Program-made: the position numbers and the translations under genes
Shown here: piece by piece, positions 28,793 to 37,873 of the stretch
Layout of the letters: each line of letters begins with the position of its first letter
Numbering within the stretch: the stretch's first letter is position 1
The notes under the pieces: model-generated
What the model saw: the letters and a program-made list of their open reading frames with translations, nothing else
The model's database searches: none
Told to the model about the DNA's origin: nothing
Assembly (NCBI GenBank): GCA_046331705.1
Contig: JAXLQJ010000006.1
Span: 186,001-245,392 of the forward strand
DNA length: 59,392 bases
Origin: a bacterium
GTDB lineage: Bacteria > JADJOY01
Reading direction: 5' to 3'

Positions 28793-31027
28793 TCAGGTGC
28801 GCGCGGGCAGCTCGATCGTCTCGTCCTGAAGATCGGTGATCGGCAACGTGCCGCCCGGCCCGAGCACCCATTCGATGAAATCCTGATGGAAGCGTCGATG
28901 CCGCAGCCGGGCTCGGACGCGGATCGGCTGGGGCGTCGAGTCGGGCACGGTGAACGCGAATCGCGCGACGTCGCTGGTGCCGCTCGCGAGCCGCCGCTGG
29001 TTGCGCACCGTGGCGAGCTTCCAGGTCTCGTGGTGCGTCAGGCGGTTGCCGTCGTCGTCGAACCAATCCTCGCCGAAGCGGTAGGCATCCGGGGGAACCC
29101 GGCCGTGCTCGTCCGGCACCCCCGAGCTCCACACCACGGCGCCGTTCGCGTCCCGCGCCTCGATCTCGAGCCACACGTCGACCAGATCCGGGATGCCGGC
29201 CGGCCAGCCGTGGCCCACGCCGCGGTTGGTGGTGGTCGCGACGAGCGTGACCGCGCTGCCGCCTTCACCGGCAGCGGCCTCGGTCCCGAGGTCGAGCGTC
29301 ACGATCTTCGATTTGAGCTGGGTCTGCACCCACTCGAGATTCTCGGCGTGGGTGAACTTCGCCTGCTGCACGCCGCGGAAATAGCGCTCCGCGTACGCGT
29401 CGTAGGCGGGATCGTTGGCGTAGTACGCGGGAATCGCGGTGTTCGAGGACAGGAAACGGTGCCCCTTGATCTCGGTCGACTGGTACGACTCCATCGTCGC
29501 CGGCATGTGGCACGAGTGGCAGTTGCGCGCCTCGTGCTCGGGCGGCGGCTTGGCGAACGGGCTGTCACGCCACTCCTGGACTCGCTGAGTGATCACGGGC
29601 CGGTGGGGATTGATGGCCTCGGGCACGGTGTGGCGGTGACACGCCTCGCAGAGCCGCAGGTCGTCGATCGTGCCGCGCCGATCGAGCTCCGCGCGGTGCT
29701 CCTCGAGGTAGAGCACCGTCATCAGATACGAGGACTTGTCGATGGCGCGCTCGAAGAAGAGCGGCGTCGCGCCGAGCACCAGGCTCGCGTCGCCGGGTCG
29801 CGGCAGCAGGTGCGCCGCCGCGTGGCAGGCGACGCAGGTGACGCCTTCGTTGGCGATGCCGGTGGTGGGGGTGCCGCCCTCGTCGATCTGACCCGCGGCG
29901 AGATTCACCGGGTCGTGGCAGCCCGCGCAGTAGCGCGTCGCCGCGATGCCTCGCTCGGCCGCCAGCGCGCCCATCGCCTTTTCCACGAAGACGTTGCGCG
30001 CGTGACGGTGGCCCGAGATCGCCCATTGCTTGCCGATGTCGGTGTGGCAGCCCTCGTACGAGCACGTGTTCGCCTGATTGAGGAACCGCGCCGGCACCAG
30101 CTGGCGGGACGTGGTCTCGAAGCGCGAAGGCGCGAACGCGCCGGCTCCGAACGGGAGCTGGTAGGTGCTGGGCGGCGCCACCGTCCGGTAGAGGTCCTTC
30201 GGCGTGGCCTCGACGAAGCGAAAGAGGCCGCTGAAGTGCAAGTTCACCTGACCGTTCGCCAGCGCCCACGGCGCCAGCGGCACCAGCGCCGAGATCGCGA
30301 GCGCGATGAGCGTCTCGCGGCGTCCGAACGAGGGCACCCGCGCCGCGAGCGTCGCCGGCGCCGGGCTCTTCCGCTCGCGCCAGCGGCGCTCCGCCTGGAT
30401 GTGCGCGATGACCAGGAACGGCAGCACCAGCGAGCCGTACTCGTGTACCGGCAGGAAGATGCGCTCGCTCGGACCGCCGAGCACGGTGAACGCGAGGCCC
30501 ACGCCGAGCGTCACCGCGGTGAAGATCGTGAGCCGCTTGCCCCAGCGACGCTCGTTGGGCACGGCGGTCGGTCGCCACGCGACGATGTGCTGGAAGAGGT
30601 AGATGCCGAAGAGCGGCGCCGCCGTCCTGCCGGCGAACATGTGCCACATGAGCAGCTGGAACGCGAACGGCGACGAACGGTCGCCGAGCTTGAGGTAGAG
30701 CGCGCTCCACACGCAGAAGAACAAGAGCCCGAGCATCAACAGGTACAGCCGGGGCAGCCAGCGCCAGAACGCCTTCACCTCGCTCAGGATGAAGGCCAGC
30801 ACCACGCCGACGTCGAGCGTGATCGAGAGGATCCGCCACTGGATCGAGAGCCCGTGCTGCTCCCACGGATAGCCGAGCCACCACGAGAAGAAGAGCCCGG
30901 GAAGTTGTTGCAGCAGCACGAGCCCGGCGAAGCCGAGCAAGAAGATCGTGAGCCGCCGCTTGCGCGGGTGAGTGGGAAGGGGGAGCTGGGAGAGCTTGGG
31001 AAGCTTGAGCTTGGGCAGACGGGGCAT
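28793..31027 (-). CDS. Membrane-anchored multiheme c-type cytochrome (c554/c552-like core), paralog A
   Basis: N-terminal TM domain; heme motifs CSYEGCH, CAGCH, CVACH, CEACH, CHSCH; C-terminal beta-rich domain TTNRGVGHGWPAG..D..WLE. Confidence 0.85.
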   Translation of the reverse strand: MPRLPKLKLPKLSQLPLPTHPRKRRLTIFLLGFAGLVLLQQLPGLFFSWWLGYPWEQHGLSIQWRILSITLDVGVVLAFILSEVKAFWRWLPRLYLLMLGLLFFCVWSALYLKLGDRSSPFAFQLLMWHMFAGRTAAPLFGIYLFQHIVAWRPTAVPNERRWGKRLTIFTAVTLGVGLAFTVLGGPSERIFLPVHEYGSLVLPFLVIAHIQAERRWRERKSPAPATLAARVPSFGRRETLIALAISALVPLAPWALANGQVNLHFSGLFRFVEATPKDLYRTVAPPSTYQLPFGAGAFAPSRFETTSRQLVPARFLNQANTCSYEGCHTDIGKQWAISGHRHARNVFVEKAMGALAAERGIAATRYCAGCHDPVNLAAGQIDEGGTPTTGIANEGVTCVACHAAAHLLPRPGDASLVLGATPLFFERAIDKSSYLMTVLYLEEHRAELDRRGTIDDLRLCEACHRHTVPEAINPHRPVITQRVQEWRDSPFAKPPPEHEARNCHSCHMPATMESYQSTEIKGHRFLSSNTAIPAYYANDPAYDAYAERYFRGVQQAKFTHAENLEWVQTQLKSKIVTLDLGTEAAAGEGGSAVTLVATTTNRGVGHGWPAGIPDLVDVWLEIEARDANGAVVWSSGVPDEHGRVPPDAYRFGEDWFDDDGNRLTHHETWKLATVRNQRRLASGTSDVARFAFTVPDSTPQPIRVRARLRHRRFHQDFIEWVLGPGGTLPITDLQDETIELPART

Positions 31028-31239
31028 GTGTGGGCCGGAACGGTCGCGAGCGGCGGTGAGAGGCTATCGGTTCGCCCCACGCGCGCCAACGTGGGTTCGT
31101 GCCCATTCCCGCGCGAGGCCCGCTGGCGCGGATGGCGGTCGACTCGCCTGGAGGTGAACGGCTATCTTGAGCCCTCCCCGGTTCGCGCACCGCTCGCTCG
31201 TTCGTCCCGATCGTGCCTTCCTCGTCCGCCCCTGGTGCG

Positions 31240-33405
31240 ATGAGCGCTCGCCCGGCGCGCGCCGACGATCCCGCCACGTTGCGGATCGGGCGTCGCGAGC
31301 GCGCGCTGTGGCGCGAGCCTTTCTTCTGGCTGGTGCTGGCGCTCTTCGCCGCCGAGTCCGTGACCGGGCTCGCGATGACGTTCCTGCCGCTCGGGATCCC
31401 GCGTCTCGGCTGGTTCGAGATCCACCTGTGGGTGGCACGTGCGTTCGTCCCGCTCTTCGCCGTGTTCCTCTACCGGCACACGCGCGGCGTCGGCGGGCGG
31501 CGCGTCTACGTGGTGATGTTCGGCTACTGGCTCACGCTCTTCGTGATGCGTTTTCTGGGCGGCAACTCGCTCTTCCTCATCCTGCCGCTCACGATCTTCA
31601 TGCTGTGGTGGATGTGGCGCGCGCTGGTGCCATGGATGCGCGGCCTCGATCCGGCGGCGGCCGGGATCTCGTACCTGGTGTTCGTGGCGGTGCAGATCAC
31701 CATGGCGACGGGGATCGGCACGCACCTCGACGTGATGCTCGTCGACCGGCCGTTCATGCGCCACCAGGGAATCTTCTCGCTCAACTTCGCGGCGCTGCAC
31801 CAGTGGGCGGGGATCCTGCTGCCGTTGCTCGCGGCACTGCACCTGGGGTTGAGACGGCTCTTGGCGGCAGTCCCCGTCAGCCTGCAATGGCTGCGTCGGG
31901 TCCGCGCGCGGAGCCTCGCGCCACTCGTGCTGGCGAGCATGTTCGGGGTGGTGGCGTGGAACTGGAACTTGCGCCACCACGCCGAGAAGCACCCGGAGGC
32001 CTACGAGGACGTCGCGTGGGTGCCGACCGAGAAGGCGGAGTTCTGCGGCAAATGCCATTGGGACGAGTACCGGCAGTGGTCGGTCTCGTTGCACCGGTTC
32101 GCGGCGGAGAACGAGCTCTACGCCGCGGCGGTGCGCGTGACGGTGGAGCGCCACGGCGCGCAAGCGGTGGCGTTCTGCCATCGGTGCCACGATCCGACGT
32201 ACGAGCTTCGGCAACGCGCCGACGCCGCCGGTGAGCTCTCCGAGGGAGTGACCTGCGTCTCCTGCCACCGCGTCGTCGAGGTTCCGAGCGAGCCGCGAAA
32301 CGGCGATTTGCGCATCGGTCGCTTGCCGATTCCCGCCGGTGAGGACGCCACCCAGCCCGCCTTCCTGGGTCGGCTGGTGCGCTCGATCGAGGCGGATTCG
32401 CGCGGGCACCGCCACGACATGAACCCGATCAAGGCGCAGGCGACGATCTGTCAGTCCTGCCATCGGGTGGACATGAGCGTGGCCGGGCTGCACGGAGTGC
32501 TGGTCGAGGACACCGCGTCGTCGTGGTTCGAGGGTCCCTACGGCAAGGCACAGGACAACAGCTGCGTCCTCTGTCACATGCCCCGCATCAAGTCGTTGCC
32601 GTGGGAGCAGCGCGAGGCGCGCGGCCACAAGCATCCCCACCACGGCGTGTTCGGGCTCAACGAAGGGCTCTCGGTCATGGCCTCCGGCACCGGCGTCGAG
32701 GCCACGCTCGCGGAGCGCGACGCGACCGTGGCGGAGCTCATCCGCGAGTTCCCGGGCCTCAGCGCCATCCAGCAGATCTCGCAGTTCTCGCACGGCAGCT
32801 TCGACCCGCTCTTCAAGTTCAACCAGCGGCTCGCGCTGCGACCGCTCACCATCGATCTCACCGTCGAACCGATCGAGGCGGGGCGGCTCGCGATCTCCCT
32901 CGCCACCACCAACGTGCGCGGCGGTCACGCGCTGCCCGCCGGCGCCGACGATCTGAGCGAGACCTGGCTCTCGGTCGAGCTGACCGACGCGAGCGGCCGC
33001 GCGTTCGCGCTGAGCGGAGCCATGGGCGCGGACGGCGAGCGCGACCCCACGGCGCTCGAGCTCGGCGCGCGCTGGCTCGATCGCAACGGCGAGCCGCTCC
33101 GCCAGCACGACCTCTTCTCGCTCGGCCACGTCGCCGACGAGCGGCGGATCAAGTTCGCCGAGACGTTGCGCGACCGCATCGAGGTGCCGCGCCCGGACGG
33201 CCTCTCCGGGCGCGTGGTGGTGCGCGCGACGTGGAACTACCGCCGCGTGCGACCCCACGCGGCGCTCGACCTCCTCGGCGCACCGCGTGCCTTTCCCGTG
33301 ACTCGCCTCGGCGAGGGCGAGGTCGAGGTCACGCTGGCGCCGCTCGCGCCAGCCGCGGTGCCGCTCGCCGCCGTTGCGCCGCCGCAGCAAGAGCCCGCGA
33401 GCTGA
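31240..33405 (+). CDS. Membrane-anchored multiheme c-type cytochrome, paralog B
   Basis: TM domain; CGKCH, CHRCH, CVSCH, CQSCH, CVLCH; C-terminal TTNVRGGHALPAGADD..ETWL. Confidence 0.87.
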   Translation: MSARPARADDPATLRIGRRERALWREPFFWLVLALFAAESVTGLAMTFLPLGIPRLGWFEIHLWVARAFVPLFAVFLYRHTRGVGGRRVYVVMFGYWLTLFVMRFLGGNSLFLILPLTIFMLWWMWRALVPWMRGLDPAAAGISYLVFVAVQITMATGIGTHLDVMLVDRPFMRHQGIFSLNFAALHQWAGILLPLLAALHLGLRRLLAAVPVSLQWLRRVRARSLAPLVLASMFGVVAWNWNLRHHAEKHPEAYEDVAWVPTEKAEFCGKCHWDEYRQWSVSLHRFAAENELYAAAVRVTVERHGAQAVAFCHRCHDPTYELRQRADAAGELSEGVTCVSCHRVVEVPSEPRNGDLRIGRLPIPAGEDATQPAFLGRLVRSIEADSRGHRHDMNPIKAQATICQSCHRVDMSVAGLHGVLVEDTASSWFEGPYGKAQDNSCVLCHMPRIKSLPWEQREARGHKHPHHGVFGLNEGLSVMASGTGVEATLAERDATVAELIREFPGLSAIQQISQFSHGSFDPLFKFNQRLALRPLTIDLTVEPIEAGRLAISLATTNVRGGHALPAGADDLSETWLSVELTDASGRAFALSGAMGADGERDPTALELGARWLDRNGEPLRQHDLFSLGHVADERRIKFAETLRDRIEVPRPDGLSGRVVVRATWNYRRVRPHAALDLLGAPRAFPVTRLGEGEVEVTLAPLAPAAVPLAAVAPPQQEPAS

Positions 33406-34826
33406 TGCGGGACGCTGGGCGAATCGCGACGGAACGACCGCCGCCGGCGTGGCCGCGCGCCCAGCGCTGGCTCGTCCGGGCGGTCAACGCGCTGGTGGCG
33501 GTGGGCGTCGCGCTCGTCTGCGTGCTCTCGTATCCCCTCGCGGCGTCGTATCTCGGGCGAGCCACCCCGGCGCTCGCGGTCGCCCGCGTGGCGGGGGGGT
33601 GGTTGGGCCGGCCGCTCCCAGGGCTGGCGATCGTGCGCCGCGCGACCGCCCGGTTCGCATGGTTGCCGGTCTTGCGCGCGCCAGGCGCCGAGCTCCTCTG
33701 GGTCTCGCTCGCGTCGCTCTACGCCGTCTTTCTCGCGACCGCGGTTCCGGCGGCGCTGCGCGGTTCGGTGGCCGCCGGCGAGCTGCGGGTCGAGGATCTG
33801 GTACACGGGTGGAAGACGATGGCGTTGGGATGGTGTCCGGATCGGCAGCGCTTGGTCGCGCTCCACGGCAGCGGCGCCGAGCAGCCCGGCTTCAGCGTCA
33901 TCGACCTCTCCGACGAGCCGCCCGTCGCGCGCTTCCGCCCCTTTCCGTGGCGCGAGGACGAGAGCCCGTTGGTGGTGCTCTCCGCCCGCGGGCTCGCCCT
34001 CGCCCACGGGGCACGCTCGCGCCGGCGGTTGACGGTCGACGTGGATCGGATCGCAGCGGAGGCCACGGCGGAAGAGGGGATCGTGGCATCGGCCTACGAT
34101 CCCGAGGCCGAGCGCCTGTACCTGGTCTCGGATCGCAGCGCGGGCGCGGCCGGCGCCGCGCGTGGCGAAGTGCTCTCGATCTCGATCGATGCCTATCTCC
34201 GCGGGGAGGTGGCGTCGGCGCGGCGTTACCCGATCCCGGAGCGAAGCGGTGCGATCGCGCTGGCCGTGGATCGCACGACCCACCGTCGGCTGCTGGTCAG
34301 CGGCGGTCGCGGCACCGACGACGTGCTGGAGCTCGACCTGAGCACGGGCGCGCTTCGCTCGGTCCGCGTTCCGCCGGTGCACGCCGGTTTGGCGATCGAC
34401 GGCGCGCGGGGTCGCGCCTACGTGACCAACAGCACGCGTAGCTCGCTCTTCGCGATCGATCTCGAGCGCATGGAGGTGGAGCGCGAGATCTGGATCGGCG
34501 GCGTGGCCGGTCCGGTCGCCGTGCTCGCCGGCGTCGGCGCGCTGGCGGTCGGCACCCAGCTCACCGGCGAGCTCGTGCTGCTCGACGCCGAGACACTCGA
34601 GACGCGGGCACGGCTCGTCACCTGCCGCCGCGGCGATCCGTTCACCGGCTTCGCGGAGTCGCTGATCCTGGGCGAATCGCGCGATCTCGCGTGGGACGAG
34701 CGTGGCCGCGCGCTCTACCTGGCGGACGGCTGCGGCGTGCGCCGGGTGCGCCTGCCCGCCGGGTGGTGCGGCGGCGCCGGGTGCGCGGCGCCGCGAGCGG
34801 CGGCCGCCGTCGGGGAGCTCGGATGA
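33405..34826 (+). CDS. Membrane-anchored YncE-like beta-propeller protein, copy 1
   Basis: TGATG coupling to cytochrome B; N-terminal TM helices; blades GLAIDGARGRAYVTNS, RDLAWDERGRALYLADGCG. Confidence 0.75.
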   Translation: MRDAGRIATERPPPAWPRAQRWLVRAVNALVAVGVALVCVLSYPLAASYLGRATPALAVARVAGGWLGRPLPGLAIVRRATARFAWLPVLRAPGAELLWVSLASLYAVFLATAVPAALRGSVAAGELRVEDLVHGWKTMALGWCPDRQRLVALHGSGAEQPGFSVIDLSDEPPVARFRPFPWREDESPLVVLSARGLALAHGARSRRRLTVDVDRIAAEATAEEGIVASAYDPEAERLYLVSDRSAGAAGAARGEVLSISIDAYLRGEVASARRYPIPERSGAIALAVDRTTHRRLLVSGGRGTDDVLELDLSTGALRSVRVPPVHAGLAIDGARGRAYVTNSTRSSLFAIDLERMEVEREIWIGGVAGPVAVLAGVGALAVGTQLTGELVLLDAETLETRARLVTCRRGDPFTGFAESLILGESRDLAWDERGRALYLADGCGVRRVRLPAGWCGGAGCAAPRAAAAVGELG

Positions 34827-35977
34827 AGCGCTTGCACCTCGCGTGGGGCTGGATCTTCGCCATCACCTTCGCGCTCACGGGGGTGTGGATGCAGGCGCAT
34901 TTCCCCGCCGCCTACCACGGCGACGTCGGCGCGCGCATGCTCTATCGCTCCGCGCACGTGTACATCCTGCTGGCGTCGTTCCTGAACTGCTTGCTGGGTG
35001 TCTACCTCGCGCGGGTGGCGAACGCGGCGCGGGCACGCATCCAGAACGCGGGCTCTGTCCTCGTCCTGATCGCGCCGGTGATGTTCACGGTGGCGTTCTT
35101 CGTGGAGCCCGCGCCAGGAGTCTTGGGGCGGCCCTACACCGCGATCGGATTGTGGAGCGCGATCTTCGGCACGCTGGCGCACCTCGCGGCCATGCGCGGT
35201 CAGGGAGAGGCCCGCGCACGCAGTGCGGCGGCCGAGGTGGAGGAAGCGCCCGCCGACGCGGCGCCCGATGTCGTTGGGCGCTCGCTCAGGTGGTGGGGCC
35301 GCGCGTTGGTTGCGGGCGCGATCGTGCTCGCTCTCGTGGCATTCGCGTGGATGCGCACACGCACGTCGCCGCCCTCGACAGTCGCCCTCCACGAACACGG
35401 GGCCGAGGTCGTGGCGAAGACCACCATCGCGGTGACTCCCGTCGAGCGACGAGCGGTCGCGGACGCCGTCCAGGCTGGACGGCGCTTCGCCGATTGCGGC
35501 AACGGCACGGTCATCGATCTCGCCACCAATCGGATGTGGGCGGATGCCGACAACGGCAACGGCACCGACTGGCCAGGTGCCGCGTACTACGCGCGGATGT
35601 TCCGTGCCGGCGGCTACACGGACTGGCGGCTGCCGACGATCGCCGAGCTGCTCGAGCTGGCGCAGGGGTACCTGGGGCCGGACGGCAAGCCGGTGCCGGG
35701 TGCGCCCTCGGTCGATAGCTGGCTGCCCGTGGGCTACGGCGTGCCCTGGTCGTCGGAAGTCCGCGGCGCCGAGGCGGCCCGCGTGCACCTCGGAAGCGGT
35801 GCCGTCGGCTGGCTGCCGCAGGCGAGCACCTCCCACAATCGCGCCGTGCCGGTGCGCGATGGACGCGGTGCTCTCGCCGCGGCACCGCCGAGCGCCGCGC
35901 CGAGCGCTCGGGTCGTTCACGCCGAGCGGATCAGCGAGAGTCTGTTCCCGGCGGAGCCCACTGCCGCGACTCCGTGA
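34823..35977 (+). CDS. His-rich membrane domain fused to DUF1566 (Lcl C-terminal-like) domain, copy 1
   Basis: ATGA coupling; four TM helices with YRSAHVY, a linker and a fifth TM; then RFADCGNGTVIDLATNRMW...GGYTDWRLPTIAEL...WSS...PVR. Confidence 0.8.
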   Translation: MKRLHLAWGWIFAITFALTGVWMQAHFPAAYHGDVGARMLYRSAHVYILLASFLNCLLGVYLARVANAARARIQNAGSVLVLIAPVMFTVAFFVEPAPGVLGRPYTAIGLWSAIFGTLAHLAAMRGQGEARARSAAAEVEEAPADAAPDVVGRSLRWWGRALVAGAIVLALVAFAWMRTRTSPPSTVALHEHGAEVVAKTTIAVTPVERRAVADAVQAGRRFADCGNGTVIDLATNRMWADADNGNGTDWPGAAYYARMFRAGGYTDWRLPTIAELLELAQGYLGPDGKPVPGAPSVDSWLPVGYGVPWSSEVRGAEAARVHLGSGAVGWLPQASTSHNRAVPVRDGRGALAAAPPSAAPSARVVHAERISESLFPAEPTAATP

Positions 35978-36412
35978 GGCCACCATTCACGACGTGGATC
36001 GACCGACCTCCCAAACGGCGTGGACTGGCTCGTCGAAGCGCCGGGCATCGGGCGCCGCCCGAGTTGCGATCGGAACCGCGCCCACCGTCGGCGTCCAGAG
36101 GCGCATCGATACCGTCGTGGATGGCCCGAAGATGCCCGTGCATCCAGAAGTCCGCGAGTGCGAACGCGGTCGCGCGGACCGTGTGAGCGGGATGGGTTCG
36201 CGAGGGCCGCAACAGATCTCCACGACTCGCGCGGGCTCCGCGCCGGTGTCGGTATCTCGCTCGTCGCGCGTTGCGTGCTGGCGTGACCCGCGTCACGGCG
36301 GTCGGCACCGTGATCGCGCGTATCTCGCGGGGGTGGTTTCTGCCGGTCGCTCTCCGTGTCAATCTCACGCTCGCCACCCCCTGGCGTAGCCTCGGCCAGA
36401 CTTCGTCCTCGA

Positions 36413-37873
36413 ATGTCCACTTCGGTGCCCATGCGACGATGGGGCGGGCGCGTGTTGCGCGCCCTCGGATCCCGGCTGAGCGAGCTCGCCTTCGGATTCG
36501 GCCTCGTGGAGGCGCTCTTCGTGGGCGCGCTCTTCGTGCTGGGCGCGCGCTACGTCCCCGCTGGGCCGCCGATCGTTCTCGTGCTCTTTCTGGTGGTCCT
36601 GCGCGCGAGCGAGCCGGGTCGGCACCGCGCGAACCGCGTCTTCGTCCATTTCTTCTGGCTCGTGACGAGCTTTCTCGCCGTGACGGGAATGGCGGCGTCG
36701 TGGTCGGCGACCGATTCGACGCCCCAGCTGCTGGCGCGCGTGATGCACCAGGCGATGGCCGTTCCCGGGACGTTGCTGTGGGCCGTCTGGACCTATCGCC
36801 ACGTGCGGCGCGCCGCCCCCGCGAACGCGGTGGCTGTCGTCACCAGCGGCCGGATCGCTTGGCTCGCTCTCAAGGTCTCGTTGTGGAGCGGCGCGGTGGT
36901 GGCGCTGTTGGTGATCCTCGAGGGGCTCATCCCGGTGCACGTGGTGAGCCTGGGGATCGCCGCCGTGCTGGTGGCGGCGCACGTGGTCGTGGCGCGGCGC
37001 TGGCGAGCGCGCGAGGTCCGGGAGGCGTTGCCGGAGGACTACGTCGCGTTGGCGGGCCCATCCCTGGGGCGCGTGCTCGGCACCAGTGGAATCGCCGGGG
37101 CCGCGCTCGCGGCGCTCTTCGTGTGGGGGCCGCGAGGCTACGATGGCACCAACCTCTCGGTGGGCGTCGAGCAAGCGACCGTCGCCGCCCACGCCGAGTT
37201 CGGCGACGGCTTCGTGCGGACCGAGAGCGGCGCCGCGTACTCGCCCACCGTGCTCGGCCAGTCGACGACCTGCGGCAACCCCTCCTGCCATCCGTTCGTG
37301 TTCTCCGAGTGGAAGGTCTCGCCGCACCGTCGCACGGCGAGCGCGGCCTATCGCGATGCGGTCGAGGCCGAGGCCGCTTCGCGAGGTCGAGCCGCGGCGG
37401 CGAGCTGCATGAGCTGTCACGATCCCCTCTCGGTCCTCGCCGGCGCGGTCGGTGAGGACGGCGAGCTGACGACGCCGGAGGGACGACGCGAAGGCCTGTC
37501 GTGCTTGTTCTGCCACTCGACCTCCGTTCGTCGCGAGGGCGCCACGCGCCAGCTGGCGTTCCGTTTCCCGACGATCTTCGGCTCGGTCGCCCTCGACGCG
37601 CGCTCGATGTTGTCGTTGACGCCGCGCCATCGCGCCGAGCTCGCCATCGCGAAGGCGGGCTCGGACGATCTCTGCATCGCGTGCCACCGCATCCCGTCGC
37701 TCGCCACCGGTGACGAGCGCGCTCACCAGCAAGCGCGGATGCGCCCCGAGTGCCGTGGTGACGAGGGCTGCGTCGGGTGTCACATGCCGCGGTCGAGCCG
37801 CAACGCGCGACCCGGACAGCCGCTCGCTCCCTCGCACGCGTTCGTCGCGCGGCTCGAGGCGCCGACGCCATGA
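36413..37873 (+). CDS. Membrane-anchored multiheme c-type cytochrome, paralog C (lacks C-terminal beta domain)
   Basis: TM domain; CGNPSCH, CMSCH, CLFCH, CIACH, CVGCH, ending at SHAF. Start uncertain (36413 or 36431). Confidence 0.83.
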   Translation: MSTSVPMRRWGGRVLRALGSRLSELAFGFGLVEALFVGALFVLGARYVPAGPPIVLVLFLVVLRASEPGRHRANRVFVHFFWLVTSFLAVTGMAASWSATDSTPQLLARVMHQAMAVPGTLLWAVWTYRHVRRAAPANAVAVVTSGRIAWLALKVSLWSGAVVALLVILEGLIPVHVVSLGIAAVLVAAHVVVARRWRAREVREALPEDYVALAGPSLGRVLGTSGIAGAALAALFVWGPRGYDGTNLSVGVEQATVAAHAEFGDGFVRTESGAAYSPTVLGQSTTCGNPSCHPFVFSEWKVSPHRRTASAAYRDAVEAEAASRGRAAAASCMSCHDPLSVLAGAVGEDGELTTPEGRREGLSCLFCHSTSVRREGATRQLAFRFPTIFGSVALDARSMLSLTPRHRAELAIAKAGSDDLCIACHRIPSLATGDERAHQQARMRPECRGDEGCVGCHMPRSSRNARPGQPLAPSHAFVARLEAPTP

